A stretch of 61,809 nt of DNA, the filler included, from Vannella sp. (lineage: Eukaryota), in assembly GCA_023345925.1 (NCBI GenBank). It is 7 parts of 7 records of this genome, joined end to end, with 100 filler letters (N's around TTAATTAATTAA, not from the genome) between each part and the next. Parts side by side here need not be neighbours in the genome. Positions count along the whole stretch, not along the records: positions 12,420 to 27,199 come from JAJQQN010000521.1; positions 27,300 to 34,577 come from JAJQQN010000183.1; positions 34,678 to 42,247 come from JAJQQN010000631.1; 4 more parts are not named here. One strand, given 5' to 3'. The translations under genes and the position numbers were made by a program. Shown here one piece after another: positions 24,047 to 35,968 of this stretch; position 1 is the stretch's first letter, and every line of letters begins with the position of its first letter. The notes under the pieces are model-generated. The model did no database searches. It was given only the letters and a program-made list of their open reading frames with translations, and had not been told where the DNA came from.

Positions 24047-24143
24047 AGGGGAAGAGAAGCTCAAGCCCAGCCCCACTTAAAGTGTTTCGGGCAGACCACT
24101 GCGAGAGTGGCCCTGGATGGGCCTTCATGGGACTTCCACCCCT
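24047..24143 (-). promoter_or_regulatory. SECIS element (type II-like with an extra inserted hairpin) in the GPx 3' UTR
   Basis: Minus strand: AGGGG..GAAG..ATGAA-GGCCCA...GCCC-GAAA-CACT-TTA-AGTG-GGGC-TGGGCT-TGAG-CTTC..CCCCT, giving the AUGAN/NGAN core, AAA bulge and apical mini-helix. Confidence 0.8.
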
Positions 24144-24174
24144 AGAGAGACCTTCAAGTGCGAACGGGAGGTCA

Positions 24175-24818
24175 CTACTCCTTCAGCATGGCTTCGATCT
24201 CGTTGGCAAGACTGAGAGGGGAAGTACTCGCTGCAAAGTGCTTGCATTGTCCCTCTTTGTTGCAGAGATACTGCATGATGGTGAGGAAAGCATTCATCAA
24301 TGAGTCAATCGTACCTTGTTGAAGTTCCAGTTGACTGGCTGCTCATCTGTTGCCTTCTTCAGGAACCGGAAGACAATATGAGCATCAGGACCGTTTACGT
24401 TGACCTTGCTCATGAGTAGGAACTTTGCACCCATCGTAGTACGTGCAAAGGACTCCACTTGGGCGTTAGAACCAGGCTCTTGGTTGAGAAACTGGTTGCA
24501 AGGGAACGCCACAATCGACAAGCCTTTGTCGTTGTACTTCTCGTGCAGCTCATTGAGCTCCACATAGTTCTGTTTGGTTAACCCTCAGTTGGTAGCCACA
24601 TTCACAAACAACGAGACGCGACCGCGGAACTGTTCAAAGTCAACGGAGGTTCCTTGGATGTCGTCCGCCTTCAGCTCAAACAGCGAGTTCACCGGTACTT
24701 GTAAGTTGTCCGCTCCATGAGCAAATCGTGCTCCCAAGCGAGTCAAAAGCGACATGTTCTGGTAGGCCGCAAGGATCGAGAAGAAAGCGACGATCCCAAC
24801 CAGGTGCCCGACCCGCAT
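24175..24818 (-). CDS. GPX: Selenocysteine glutathione peroxidase (GPx4/PHGPx-like); TGA=Sec at 24585-24587; one intron
   Basis: VNVATN-TGA-GLTKQNYVEL in frame at the catalytic position; AFPCNQF..QEPG, KVNVNG, WNFNK motifs; SECIS downstream. Confidence 0.95.
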
Positions 24819-25018
24819 AAAGAATGACACAAAATCCGCCTCATTATTGAATACAATAGATTCCAAGCCTAAGCAGGATCAGATTCCCCAAAAATGCAAA
24901 GATAGAAAATCCATGAGCCAATCACAGGGCTTCGGCACGGATTTCCCCGGTTCCGATTGGTCCAACCCGATTTGGGACTTGAGCCATTTGTGCGTCATTC
25001 TACTGTTGGGGCGGCTGA

Positions 25019-26993
25019 ATGGCAGCTCAGGAGGTGAGCTTCTTGTTTGAGCTTCTGTCACTGTGTTCCCGAGACTCCTTGGAGGAGGCGTTGGGAAGTG
25101 AAATGAGGAAGAGGAAAGTGAGCTTCTTGGGTGCGGACTCGACAGACAGGAAGAAAGTGGCGAGCGTTTGCTTGACGTTTTTGGAGAGCGTGCTGGAGAA
25201 CTTTAACAAAGACATCAACTGGGCCACCTTCTTCCATCAACGAATGATCTCTCAGCAAGGTATCCTCCAAGGGGAGCAGATGGAACAGTGGGCGGAGGTC
25301 TTCAGCTGCTTTTGCAAGTGGTAGGACCTTCATACATCCCTTTTCTATCAGTCTGACATCCCCAGGAATGAGGGAAAGGTGGAGGAGACGACTTTACACG
25401 TGGCGCGACGGTTAGTCGAGTATTGTCGCACTCACACCCAGGACCCAGACAACGCTCTCATTGGCATGCAAGTTAACCTTGAACTCTTTCACCGCTGCTA
25501 TGAGCCGTTCCCCCGTCGCATGGGCTTCAAAATCCGAGGGGAATCAACCAACATGCTTCTTGCTAGCCCTCTCAGGTTCGTCCTAGGCTCCTCTTCGTAG
25601 CTTACTGACCCTTACTAGGGACACCATGTCGAGGGAAAAGGTCAAACGTACAAGGAGCTTCTACAAAGACAAGGAAGGGACCATCCCAGAACTGAATGCC
25701 CGCGGCTCTCTGGCTTTGTTCTGCTCATCAACGCCTTGGAAGCCAGAAACAACCACGTTTGTTCGCCTCATTGACGATCCAGAGAAGGTGACAGCTGGAT
25801 CTCTGGTCCAGCTGTTTAGTGAGCCGTACGAGAGCAAAGTGGTGGCAGTCCCTCGCTGGGGGGTTCTTGCTCTTCATTCTGATATGGAAGCGCTTGTCAA
25901 AGACTCCAAACGCATCTCTCAGCTGATAGAAGACCCGCTGGATGCCTTCTACCATGAGCTACAAAAGGGCATTCGTAACACCATTAACGATGCGTTGGAA
26001 CGGAAAGGAGTTGACCTGAAGCTCCTTTCCAATCTGGCAGAGCGCGTTGAGCTTCAAGAACTTTGCCTCCAGGATCTTGTAGCTATTCGGAACCTTTATT
26101 CGAAGATCTGTGACATGAAGGAACAGCCGGAAGATGTTTTCGAGAGGATTCAGGCTTTTGGCGAAGAAGCAGTCCACGACCTGCACCGAAACATCCCATC
26201 TGGAGTGTTTATACCATCCCTTAATGAGTCTCTTGCGGAGCTGCGCAGTTTGCGGTTCACCAGGCTGGCGGAAATCCGTCTGGTTCGTATGATGGGAGAC
26301 TGCGAGTCGGCATTTGATTATCTGATGGTCTTACGAACGGCTTACTTAAACAACCAAAAGAAGAATGAGCTTGTCTCGTGGTGGCATTCGCTCATCAGCA
26401 AGAGTGTCAAGAACTATCTCGAAAAAAAGGGATATAAGAGCAGTGCAGTTCCACGTGACTACCTCAAAGAGGCTCCTACCGATTTAGAAGTTATACGAGA
26501 GAACCTTTGCTTAGTGCGGGATGCTCTGAGAGAGCCAAAGAACACAAAGAGGCTGATTAAGCATCTGAAAGTGACAATTTACGGCCGAATGGACCGTTTC
26601 GTGTCTGACGTTGAGTTGCTGATATCTGATTTGCTCTCGTTCCCTGTTTCCAAGTACACTGAAGAGCATGTCACTGAAGCATTGGCGTATCAGAGACTCA
26701 CTCTTGATAAGGCGTTATACTCGGCGGTGCAATGCCTTCGAGAGGACCGAGAATATCTCCTCCGTATGAAAGAACTCGAAAACGAATCTCCATCAGCCTT
26801 TAATACCCTCCAAAGCGTTGTTCCAGTGAGTGGACTTGTCCTTTCCTGTCTCCACCGGAAAGAGAACATCCTCCGGACCATCCTGGAGCTATTCTCCACA
26901 CCCGAGACCAAAGCACCAGCAGTAGACACTCTTTCTCGCCGCATGTCAGTAATCAGCCTTCCTGAAAGTGCTCCAAATGCGGAATCCATTTGA
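25019..26993 (+). CDS. Hypothetical helical protein, spliced
   Basis: ORFs 25019-25324, 25379-25600 and 25626-26993 separated by short GT-AG introns; no recognised domain. Confidence 0.6.
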
Positions 26994-27199
26994 ACCAATC
27001 ACAAGCCCAGGATCTTTCTTTTCTTAAATCTGATTGGCTGGCCCGATTTTCCCAAAGAAAAGCGGTTCCCATTTAATATAGCACACCGAGGGCATTTGTT
27101 GTCATTTTTTCTCGCGTGGATGCGTTCGGGGGCTGTCTGGGAGCGGTATCGGGTCTCCTCTTCGTTTAATCAACAGCAAAGGTTGTCGGGGAAGGACTT

Positions 27200-27299
27200 N
27201 NNNNNNNNNNNNNNNNNNNNNNNNNNNNNNNNNNNNNNNNNNNTTAATTAATTAANNNNNNNNNNNNNNNNNNNNNNNNNNNNNNNNNNNNNNNNNNNN
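27200..27299. other. Assembly spacer
   Basis: N run with TTAATTAATTAA. Confidence 0.97.
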
Positions 27300-27404
27300 T
27301 CTTTCCCGTCCGCTTTCAGAAACTTCTTTGGAGAAGTCGTTTCGATGAGTCAATCGGTCAGAGTTGGCTTCTGGAAAAGTTCAAGACATGACGTGTTTAT
27401 CAGC

Positions 27405-28961
27405 TTATTCTGATTCCTCCTCCTCTGGGAGATCTTCTTCATCGTCCTCTTGGATGTCCACCGAATCGGAGTCGGAATCCTCAACAAGTGCAATGTCAGG
27501 GTCCGCTTTTGTGAGTTCTGCGGAAGGAGTAACTTCTTGGATGTCTTGGACTTCCTCAGCAACAATTTCTTCATCAGCCTTCACCTCTTCGATCTCCTCT
27601 TCTTTGATCTCCTCCTGAGACTCAGCAATTGGCTCTTCGGCCGAAGCAATATCTTCAGTGACCTCGATTTCTTTTTGAGATGACTCATCTTCAGGCTCCT
27701 GTTTGGCAGGGACCTCAATTTCTTCAATGGGAGACTCAGATTCGACAGTCTCAGGGGATACTTCCTCTTGTTTGTCTTGAATCACCTCAGATTCAACAGT
27801 CTCAGCGATCGCATTCTCTTGTTTGTCTTGAACAACCTCGATCTTTTCGGTGGACTCAACTGGCTTTACGGCAGATTCAGCAGACTTAGCGGGCGCATCC
27901 TCTTGTTCGTCTTGAACAACCTCAATCTCTTCACTGGATTCAACAAGTGGTGTCTCAGCAACAACTTCAGTAGCCTGTTGGACTGCCTCGATTGGCTGGG
28001 CCATTTCGACTTGATCAGCCACGATCTCTTCAACTTCCTCGGTCTCTGATTCTTGGTTGACTTCGACTGTCTTGGTAATCTCAGCTTGAGAGGAAAGCTC
28101 TTTCTCATCATGTCCATGAGCTACCACTTCCTCAACAACTTGCTTTTGAGTGATTTCTTCCGCAATCTCCTTCTTTGGAGAAGATTCAACACGTTCAGCC
28201 GACAACTCTTGTGCTTCTTCCACAATTTCCACTTCTCTTGAGGCTGGAATCTCCTCGATCGATTCGGCCTGCACTTCTTCCACAATTTCCACTTCTGGCT
28301 GCAGTTTGCGCGCTTCCTGGCTCAGGCGAACGGCCTCTTCCTGAAGAATCTTGTTGCTCTCCTTCGCAATGTTCTGTGCATCTTTGTGACTTGGCTCAAG
28401 CTCCAGAACCTTCATTGCGGCATTGAGGGCGAGGTCATGTTTGCGTAAGTTGGAGTAGCACGTTGCAACGCGGAAAAGACCCTTCAGGTTATCAGGCTCA
28501 AGCTCCACAACTGACTCCGCGTCCTTTAAAGCTGCGGTAAAGTCTCGGATCTGAATGTACGTGGCAGATCGGTTGTTCAGGCACACAGCGTTTGCCCCTT
28601 TCGACTTCTCGATGGCGTCACTGTAGCAAGAGATAGCTCGCATCCAGTCGCCAGCCTTGTAGAATGAGTTGCCGTCATCCTTGATCTTATTAAGAACGGC
28701 CTCCTTTGCTGCTTCGTCTAACTGCTCGAACACAACCTCAGGCTCGCGCTTCTTCTTCTGTGGAGCCTCACGCTTCTGAGAAGACACCACAGGAAGCTCC
28801 CTTTGCGTAAGTGTAACCGCTTGTAGAACCTTTGGTTTCGTTGGAGCCCCTCGAGAGGTAGTACGACCTCCGAGCGCCTTCTTCGCAAAGAAGAAGTACC
28901 ACGATGCCGACAAGGCCAGGATGGTTCCCAGACCAACTAACAGCAGTCTAACCTGCTGCAT
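27405..28961 (-). CDS. Signal-anchored 3-TPR chaperone-receptor-like protein (TOM70/OM64-like clamp) with long acidic repeat tail
   Basis: N-terminal TM LLLVGLGTILALSASWYFFF; KDDGNSFYKAG...NNRSA...KGLFR carboxylate-clamp TPR; EIEVVQD(E/K)QE-type repeats. Confidence 0.75.
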   Translation of the reverse strand: MQQVRLLLVGLGTILALSASWYFFFAKKALGGRTTSRGAPTKPKVLQAVTLTQRELPVVSSQKREAPQKKKREPEVVFEQLDEAAKEAVLNKIKDDGNSFYKAGDWMRAISCYSDAIEKSKGANAVCLNNRSATYIQIRDFTAALKDAESVVELEPDNLKGLFRVATCYSNLRKHDLALNAAMKVLELEPSHKDAQNIAKESNKILQEEAVRLSQEARKLQPEVEIVEEVQAESIEEIPASREVEIVEEAQELSAERVESSPKKEIAEEITQKQVVEEVVAHGHDEKELSSQAEITKTVEVNQESETEEVEEIVADQVEMAQPIEAVQQATEVVAETPLVESSEEIEVVQDEQEDAPAKSAESAVKPVESTEKIEVVQDKQENAIAETVESEVIQDKQEEVSPETVESESPIEEIEVPAKQEPEDESSQKEIEVTEDIASAEEPIAESQEEIKEEEIEEVKADEEIVAEEVQDIQEVTPSAELTKADPDIALVEDSDSDSVDIQEDDEEDLPEEEESE

Positions 28962-29170
28962 CAGCCAGAGAGAAGAATGAAACTGCCCAAAGGCTGTCCT
29001 CACCCATTTCCTGGAACTTCTCATTCGCCCCTTTGCATAATGAAGCTGCCAACCAACTGTGTTTTGGAATGTGGCTAAATTACTGTTTTCAAAGGCTCAT
29101 TTGCAAATGGCTCGGTTTTGGGAGGGGGAAAGTCAACGCTTTTCTGGCTCCATTGTTTGTTTGATTGGTG

Positions 29171-29800
29171 ATGAGGAGTGTTGTCCTTTTGGCTATCTTT
29201 GTTGCTGTTGTGGTGGCGGATGGGTGTCCACCGGTGGGTACCCAGGCTGATTTCAATGTGACCTCGTTTGTGGGGAAGCCTTGGTTTGCGCAGATGGCTC
29301 AGCCTGTGGTGTACTTGACGCCGAATGATCTGTACTGTGTGAGAGCGTCGTATAACTTGACCTCTCCCACGACTGTGGCGGTCAACAACTACGCCAATGT
29401 GGGCCAAATCAACGGACCTGTGAAGGGAGGAGACCTTTGTGCTGTCATTAAGGATCCCTCAGACCCCGCTAAGCTCTCTGTTGGTCCCTGCGAGCTTCCA
29501 AGCAACTTCTACGGCCCCTACTGGGTGGTATTTGCCGGTCCCTCTCCCTCCAACTACGAATACGCCATCATAAGCGGCGGCCAACCTTCCGTTAACACAG
29601 GCAAAGGATGCCGCCCTGGTTATGGTGTGAACGCGTCAGGCATCTTCCTCTTCTCCCGCACCCAAGTCGCTCCCACCCAACAAGTGAACATGCTTGTCGC
29701 CCAATGCGCCCAGCTTGGCTTTGATACGTCCATCCTCCGTCCCATTGAACAGCGTGGATGTGTTTACCCTTCTCTAATACACTTCCCCTCGCCCGCGTGA
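29171..29800 (+). CDS. Secreted lipocalin (ApoD-like), paralog 1
   Basis: Signal peptide; DFNVTSFVGKPWF, YWVV, YEYAIISGG, LFSR lipocalin motifs. Confidence 0.85.
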   Translation: MRSVVLLAIFVAVVVADGCPPVGTQADFNVTSFVGKPWFAQMAQPVVYLTPNDLYCVRASYNLTSPTTVAVNNYANVGQINGPVKGGDLCAVIKDPSDPAKLSVGPCELPSNFYGPYWVVFAGPSPSNYEYAIISGGQPSVNTGKGCRPGYGVNASGIFLFSRTQVAPTQQVNMLVAQCAQLGFDTSILRPIEQRGCVYPSLIHFPSPA

Positions 29801-29863
29801 TGGAAGCTCCGAACTTCGGGCGTTACGTTGGTCAGAAGACTTCCTTCAGTCGTACAACTCCGC

Positions 29864-30481
29864 ATGAACGGTAAGTGCTTGTACGTGGCTCTGTTTGTAG
29901 TGCTTGTGGGTGGCTCGTGTCCCGTGGTGAACGTGCAGGATGGCTTCAACGTGACGCAGTACGTGGAAAGGCCTTGGTTCGCTCAGATGCAGATGCCTGT
30001 TACGTACCTTCCCCTGGATGGCTTCTTCTGCGTAGCAGCCAACTACACACCTACAGGACCTAGCTCTATCAACGTGTACAACTACGCGAACAAGGGCGAG
30101 GTGAATGGTCCCGTCACTGGTGCGAAGCTTTGCGCTGTCATTCCTGATCTGTCTGTGCCTGCTAAGCTCTCTGTGGGACCTTGCCAGCTACCTTCGTTCC
30201 TATATGGAGCCTACTGGGTTGTCTTTGTCGGCCCTGATCCCGCCAACTACGAGTACGCGTTGGTCAGCGGAGGACAACCCACCATTGAGACTGGGAAAGG
30301 CTGTACCACTGGTTCTGGCAGGAGTAACTCAGGCCTTTGGATCCTTACGAGGAGTAGCACCGTATCGCCTACACTGATCGATCAGATCCTCTTGCAAGCA
30401 GCCGCTCTTGGCTTTGACACCTCCGTCCTCGTCCCTGTCGTCCAGCAAGGATGCTTGTTCCCTCCTCCCTTCTCGTCCTAG
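29864..30481 (+). CDS. Secreted lipocalin (ApoD-like), paralog 2
   Basis: Tandem paralog: FNVTQYVERPWF, YWVV, YEYALVSGG, LWILTR. Confidence 0.85.
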   Translation: MNGKCLYVALFVVLVGGSCPVVNVQDGFNVTQYVERPWFAQMQMPVTYLPLDGFFCVAANYTPTGPSSINVYNYANKGEVNGPVTGAKLCAVIPDLSVPAKLSVGPCQLPSFLYGAYWVVFVGPDPANYEYALVSGGQPTIETGKGCTTGSGRSNSGLWILTRSSTVSPTLIDQILLQAAALGFDTSVLVPVVQQGCLFPPPFSS

Positions 30482-30574
30482 GCAAGCCAGAGCTCTTCTC
30501 TATCATAAACTCGCTAGTCTTGCATGAAAGAGGGCTGGAAAGGGGCCTTCAGTATCATTGTTTGTCGGTGGCGA

Positions 30575-32232
30575 ATGCCACGCGAGCTTATCACAGTGCA
30601 AGTGGGCCAGTGTGGCAACCAGGGTACGTTCGTGTAGCACATGTAGCTCTAGTATGTCACTGACGAAGGAACACAGTCGGTTCAGAGTTCTGGAAGCGCC
30701 TGTGCGAAGAGCACGGCATTGGAGGAGACGGGCTCCTTCGAGACCCCTCTGCAGAGACGAACGACCGAAAGGACGTCTTCTTCTACCAAGTAGGCGATCT
30801 CAGAAGGAAGTACAGACTTGCAGACTCACTGTAGGGATAGGCTGACGACGATCAGTACATCCCGCGATCTTTATTAGTTGATCTGGAGCCGCGCGTGATC
30901 AAGTGCCTTCAGCAGACAGAGTATGGGCGCCTCTTCAACCAAGAGAACAGCTACGTACATCCAGAAGGTGGTGGAGCAGGGAACAGCTGGCCTCAAGGTG
31001 AGGGAACGGAGAAAGGAGAAGTGTGAGCCTCTTCTAAGCCGTGGGAAGGCTACTATCAGTCCTCAGAGGTCTATGAAGAGATTCTAGAGATGATAGATAG
31101 AGAAGCAGACAACAGTGATAGCTTAGAGGTACCAAAGAACGGTCTAATCACCCGAACTTCAACTGACTCACTGAAACAGGGGTTCATGTTGATGCATTCT
31201 GTGGCAGGCGGTACCGGCAGTGGTCTGGGATCATACCTTCTTGAAGCTTTGTCAGACAGGTATCCCAAGAAGCTTCTTCAGACCTATTCAGTGTTCCCCT
31301 CACAAGAACAAGGCGGCGAAGTGATTGTCCATCCCTACAACACAATGCTGACTCTCCAGCGGCTCATTAACAATGTGGATGCCACAGTGATTGTTGATAA
31401 CTCTGCTCTGGACCGAATCATTGGCGATAAGCTGCGAATCGAGAATCCCACTTTCGAAGAGACTAACTCACTTGTCTCGACCGTTATGGCCGCCACTACC
31501 AATACGCTGCGGTTCCCTGGGTTTATGAATAACGACCTGGTGGGCTTGATCTCTCCTTTGGTGCCAACGCCGCGCGCTCACTTTTTGACGACGGGCTACA
31601 CTCCTTTTACTAGTCTTCGAGAAGGCTCTCGCGTGGTGAGGAAAACCTCTGTTTTGAATGTGATGAAGAGACTCTTGGATCCTTCCAACATCATGACAAG
31701 CACCAATACTCGAAAGGGGCTTTATGTGTCGGCCCTGAACATAATTGAGGGAGAAGTGGACCCGCTTGATCTCCACAAGAGTCTCCAAGCTATCAATGAT
31801 AAGCGCTTAGCGAACTTTGTTCCCTGGGCTCCACAAAGCATTCAAGTAGCCCTCTCCCAACGCTCTCCCTACAACAAGTCTTCTCACCGCATCAGCGGAC
31901 TTCTCTTGGCCAATCACACTTCCATCCGCACGGTAAGCAGACCTCTCATCCTCCCTCCTTTCCTCGCAAAGGTACTGAAGTGAGAGACAAGCTGTTTGAG
32001 GGAGTGATGGGAAGCTACTTGAAACTCCGGAAGAAGAACGTTTTCCTGCAGAACTACACGAAAGAGCCCAACTTTGAGCTGGAAGAGTTCGATGTAGCTC
32101 TGTAAGTCCCGGAATCGGCCAAAGCGGGTCATCTCACACAATTGGGAATGCAGAGAAACGGTCAAAGGGATGATCGAAGAGTACCGGAATATGGAAAAGG
32201 ACAACTATTTGGAATCTGTGACACCTTCGTGA
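30575..32232 (+). CDS. TUBG: Gamma-tubulin, spliced
   Basis: [16 protein letters not shown] start; [44 protein letters not shown]. Confidence 0.93.
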
Positions 32233-32315
32233 TAGGAACAAGTATTTGCTTTGTTTAATCGGCCGAAAGCGCCTAAAGTGACATTTTCAGGCTGGCAGAA
32301 GCAACTCTAGAGGCG

Positions 32316-34577
32316 TTAAATGTCCACTGTGGGAGCAGGCACGTCATCAGGCAACTCGGGTGCATCACCAGTAGGAACATCTGTTCAAAAGAGTCACTAA
32401 GTGAGAGTGTGAGGGAGAAGGGGCTGGCTTACCAAAATCAGGCATCTTATGGAGAGACTCAAGCCCCAGTACTTGTTCTCGGTGATGAGTGAGAGCGGCC
32501 AGAGCAGAAATTTCGCTGCGAGAGAGTGCCTTGACCGTTCGCAAGTAGTATTGAACGGCTGGTTGCGGCCGTAGAACATAGCTTGCCTTCTGATAGCGCT
32601 GAATCTCTGAGATGACTCGCGCCACCTTCTTAAACTTGAGGAAGTGGATCTGAGAGGGACTCGTAGAAGAGGAGTCCAAGAAGTTATCCTCTTCCAGTTC
32701 CAAACTCTGAATCTCCATCAAGTAGGCCTGCAAGTAAGGTACACCAGGAGAGGTACTCTTATAGAGCTCTTGCTTCAGATTGGCAAAGTGCCCAGCTTTG
32801 GAAACGAGTTTGCGAAGATCCAACAAGATTGGAACGTACTTTTGACTGATCCCTTCCCATGTGCCATCGAAGCGCAACATGAGAGTGTCTTCGATGGCAG
32901 CCATGATTTGCATGACAGCATTGAAGTTTCGAAGATCTTTGCAGAATTTGGCGATTTGAATGAATTTGGAGAGCATTACGGGCCGCTTGGGCTTGTCCAA
33001 CTTGTTGATGCTCGTCATTACCCAGTTGCTCACTAATTGGAAGCGATCTAAGAACTGAGTCACGTTGGGAGCGGTAATGTGCTTGTCATTGTCCATCCAA
33101 GCCCTTTCTTTGGGTGAGTAGACAGTCTCTTAACACCCAAAGTAGCTTACAAACGGAGGAGTTCTTGTGGTCGGATAGCTTGGAAGAGTGCTTGGTCAAT
33201 CAGGGTAAGTTGTCGAGCAATTTCTTTGTCGTCCAAGTCATTCAAAGTGAGGAAAGCAATGTCTTGCTCTGCTGGAGCAACAGGATCGGGAGCACCATCT
33301 AAAAGAATCCTTCGAGGCATCAAATGGATCGTCACCTGATTGCGAAGGAGCGCCCGGATACGATTGCAGTCGACTTGGAACCCGCTTTTGATAATGGGGG
33401 TATCCAGGAAGGCTAACAGCACCCTCTGGGACTGGCCATCACCATGAAGATCATAAAAATGGTTGCTAATCCAGCTCTCCATTATCCCCAGGATGCTATT
33501 CTCTCAGTCAGAAAAGGGGAAATATCTCCTATCATAGATTAGACCACTTACTTCTGCTGGATAGAGTATTCCCCTCTATTAAAAGTACAAAGTGAGTTAA
33601 GAAGAACGAATAACAGGGACAGGAGAGAAGGAGGAAGAAGGCTGGAAGGATATTGTTTGCTTAATTCTCAGATGAAGAGAGCAGGCGTACAAAAGGCCCG
33701 ATAGCAAAGGATCCACGCATTCAAGAAAGTTGATGTCGACCCTATCACTCACAAGAAACTCAACTAGCGCCTCAAAAGTGCCTCCGGTCACTCCTTGAGT
33801 CTCATTGCGGACGAGTCCCGGAAGAGCACTGGTAAATGCAATAGGAGGAAGAGCTAACAGAAGCTTGCTCACTTCAATTTGTTGGTCCTGAAGGGCGTGG
33901 ATCTTCCTTTGGGCCACAGAGATTTGGAATTCACTGTAACTCTCCCTCAGATGTTCCGTTCTCTCCTCCAACTGCAAAACAGAAGTCAAAGTACGTCCCC
34001 ACTCTGTTGTATCTGACTCTCGCTCATAGCAGCGAATGGGATGGAAGGATTTCTTCTTCTCGTCAATCATAGGCACAAACTCTGTTGGTAATATGCTCCT
34101 TTTAGGCCCCTACAGCAGTCCTTGGTGAGCTCCCGAGTCACCTATATCCCTTCTATGACTTACGTTGCCCATGAAAGCGGAGGAGGAGTTGGTCAGCTGC
34201 TTCATGAGCGAGGCAGAACCCACTTGAATGGCATTCGCCCATTCCATGGCCGCTGGGAAGGTGACTGCATCCAATCGGAAGGTCTTTCCAGGTGTAATCA
34301 GGGTGAAGGTCTCTGGAGAAGCGGGGTCATCCTCCACTTTGACGCCGCATGACTGAAGGACGATGATGTCGTGGGCTTTCATGTCCTCTCGAGTGGCGTA
34401 GAAGTTGATAGTGGATGCTTCAAGGACCACCCACGTCTTCTTCGCCTTCTTTTTGTCCTTCCCACGCAAGTTGAGATAACCCCTCTTCTGTCCTCAGAAG
34501 ATTTTGCGCAGATACTTCTCTGCCACCCACATGCTTCGCTCTTTGGGAGTCGCAGAGGATGAAGGCTTGTTATAGCC
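32316..34577 (-). CDS. PH-domain RasGEF (REM + CDC25), 5' truncated by contig end
   Basis: PH (GYLNLRG..KKTWVVL...MEWANAI); REM (GGTFEALVEFL; ESWISNHFYD); CDC25 (EIARQLTL, NFNAVMQI, PGVPYL, FLKF). Confidence 0.9.
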
Positions 34578-34677
34578 NNNNNNNNNNNNNNNNNNNNNNN
34601 NNNNNNNNNNNNNNNNNNNNNTTAATTAATTAANNNNNNNNNNNNNNNNNNNNNNNNNNNNNNNNNNNNNNNNNNNN
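34578..34677. other. Assembly spacer
   Basis: N run with TTAATTAATTAA. Confidence 0.97.
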
Positions 34678-35923
34678 TCACTCTGGTTAGAACAAAGGGG
34701 AGACCTTCAAGGATCTGGACCTTCTCACCCTCCTCAAGCAGAAGGAACCGGCCCAGCAGCACAAGGTTCCCGCTATTTCGGTGATTGAGAACATTCAGAG
34801 TCACTTTGAACGTGCCTCCTTGCAGGGAGAGGGATCAGAAGCCCTGGAAGAGATGGATCTGGACTGGGACTTCCCTCAAGAGTTGCGAGGAGCTCCTTCT
34901 CTCCTTGGAAAGTGGCCATTTGGCTTCAACAAGAGGTTTACCGACTACTTTGACGAGCTACAAGATGTAAGGAATGCTCTTCCACCCTGGTCTCAGCCTC
35001 TGAACCCTCCACAGGAGTTTTATGAGATCATGGAGCTGCCGTTAGTCCCCAGCCAGCTCTCCCCAGAGGAGAGAAGGCAGGCAAGAGAACTAAGAGAAGA
35101 AGCCAAGTTCAGCATAGACCACTACATGGCTGACTTCATCGAGGACGAGATGATTCAGCCCATCCTCGCCTTCCCTTTGTCCTGGGTAACTTCCATGGAC
35201 ACGTACGCCGCGTCAAAGTACCCAGAAGGCGTCACTGTCCTTTCAGTAACAGGAGACTCTTCGTCAGTCTTCACAGATCCAGAGAAGGAGCAACTACGGA
35301 AGCTCCCTCACAAAGAGTACCTCCTCGACCCTTCTGAGCAACAAGTAGCCATGCTTGACCTGCTAGATATCCTCCTTGCCTTCACATACGACCTAAGATC
35401 AACACTGGGGGAGCACACTGTGGAGAGTGGCTGGACAATCTCCAAGATCAGCTCCGTTCTGAGCAGTGCTGATGTCAGTGTCCTCCCTTCCGAGATTTGA
35501 CCACGCAAAGCTGACTTCTGATCTTTCTAGAGCTTCTGTAGTGTAAGGGAAGTGGTTCGAGCCTTCCTCCGACGCTCCCTGAGCTTCCCATTGTACTGCC
35601 ATTGGCAGCTTTCCCTTCAAGTCATTCAGGACGTTGTGGAACTCCTTCAGAAGGGAAAGAGATTCGTGCTGAAGGCACTGCTAGCCGCCAGTCGCACTCT
35701 TCAGTTCTCTGAGTTCTTTGCTCACTTTGTCACGCTCCATTTGCAAGACTTTTCCGTTTGGATCCAAACGGCGTCCCCTGGCTTGCTCCAGAGCTTAGCC
35801 AGTAAGCTCGCGGAGATACTACCGACTATCACACCGGCTATCACTGGGTGGGATCTGGCCCTGATCGAGCAAACGGCTCGAGAGATGGAGGACATGTCCG
35901 AGGAAGAGGAGACCTCTCAATAG
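34678..35923 (+). CDS. SHQ1: SHQ1 H/ACA snoRNP assembly factor, 5' truncated
   Basis: FGFN, EAKFSIDHYMADF, LLAFTYDLRSTLGEHTVESGWTISKIS, RRSLSFPLY. Confidence 0.88.
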
Positions 35924-35968
35924 AGCGATTGAGAGCGATTGAGAGCACTTCATTGGTATGATAGACCG

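Noticed and set aside
35923..35946. 10-nt tandem repeat GAGCGATTGA
   Set aside because: Trivial local duplication between convergent stop codons.
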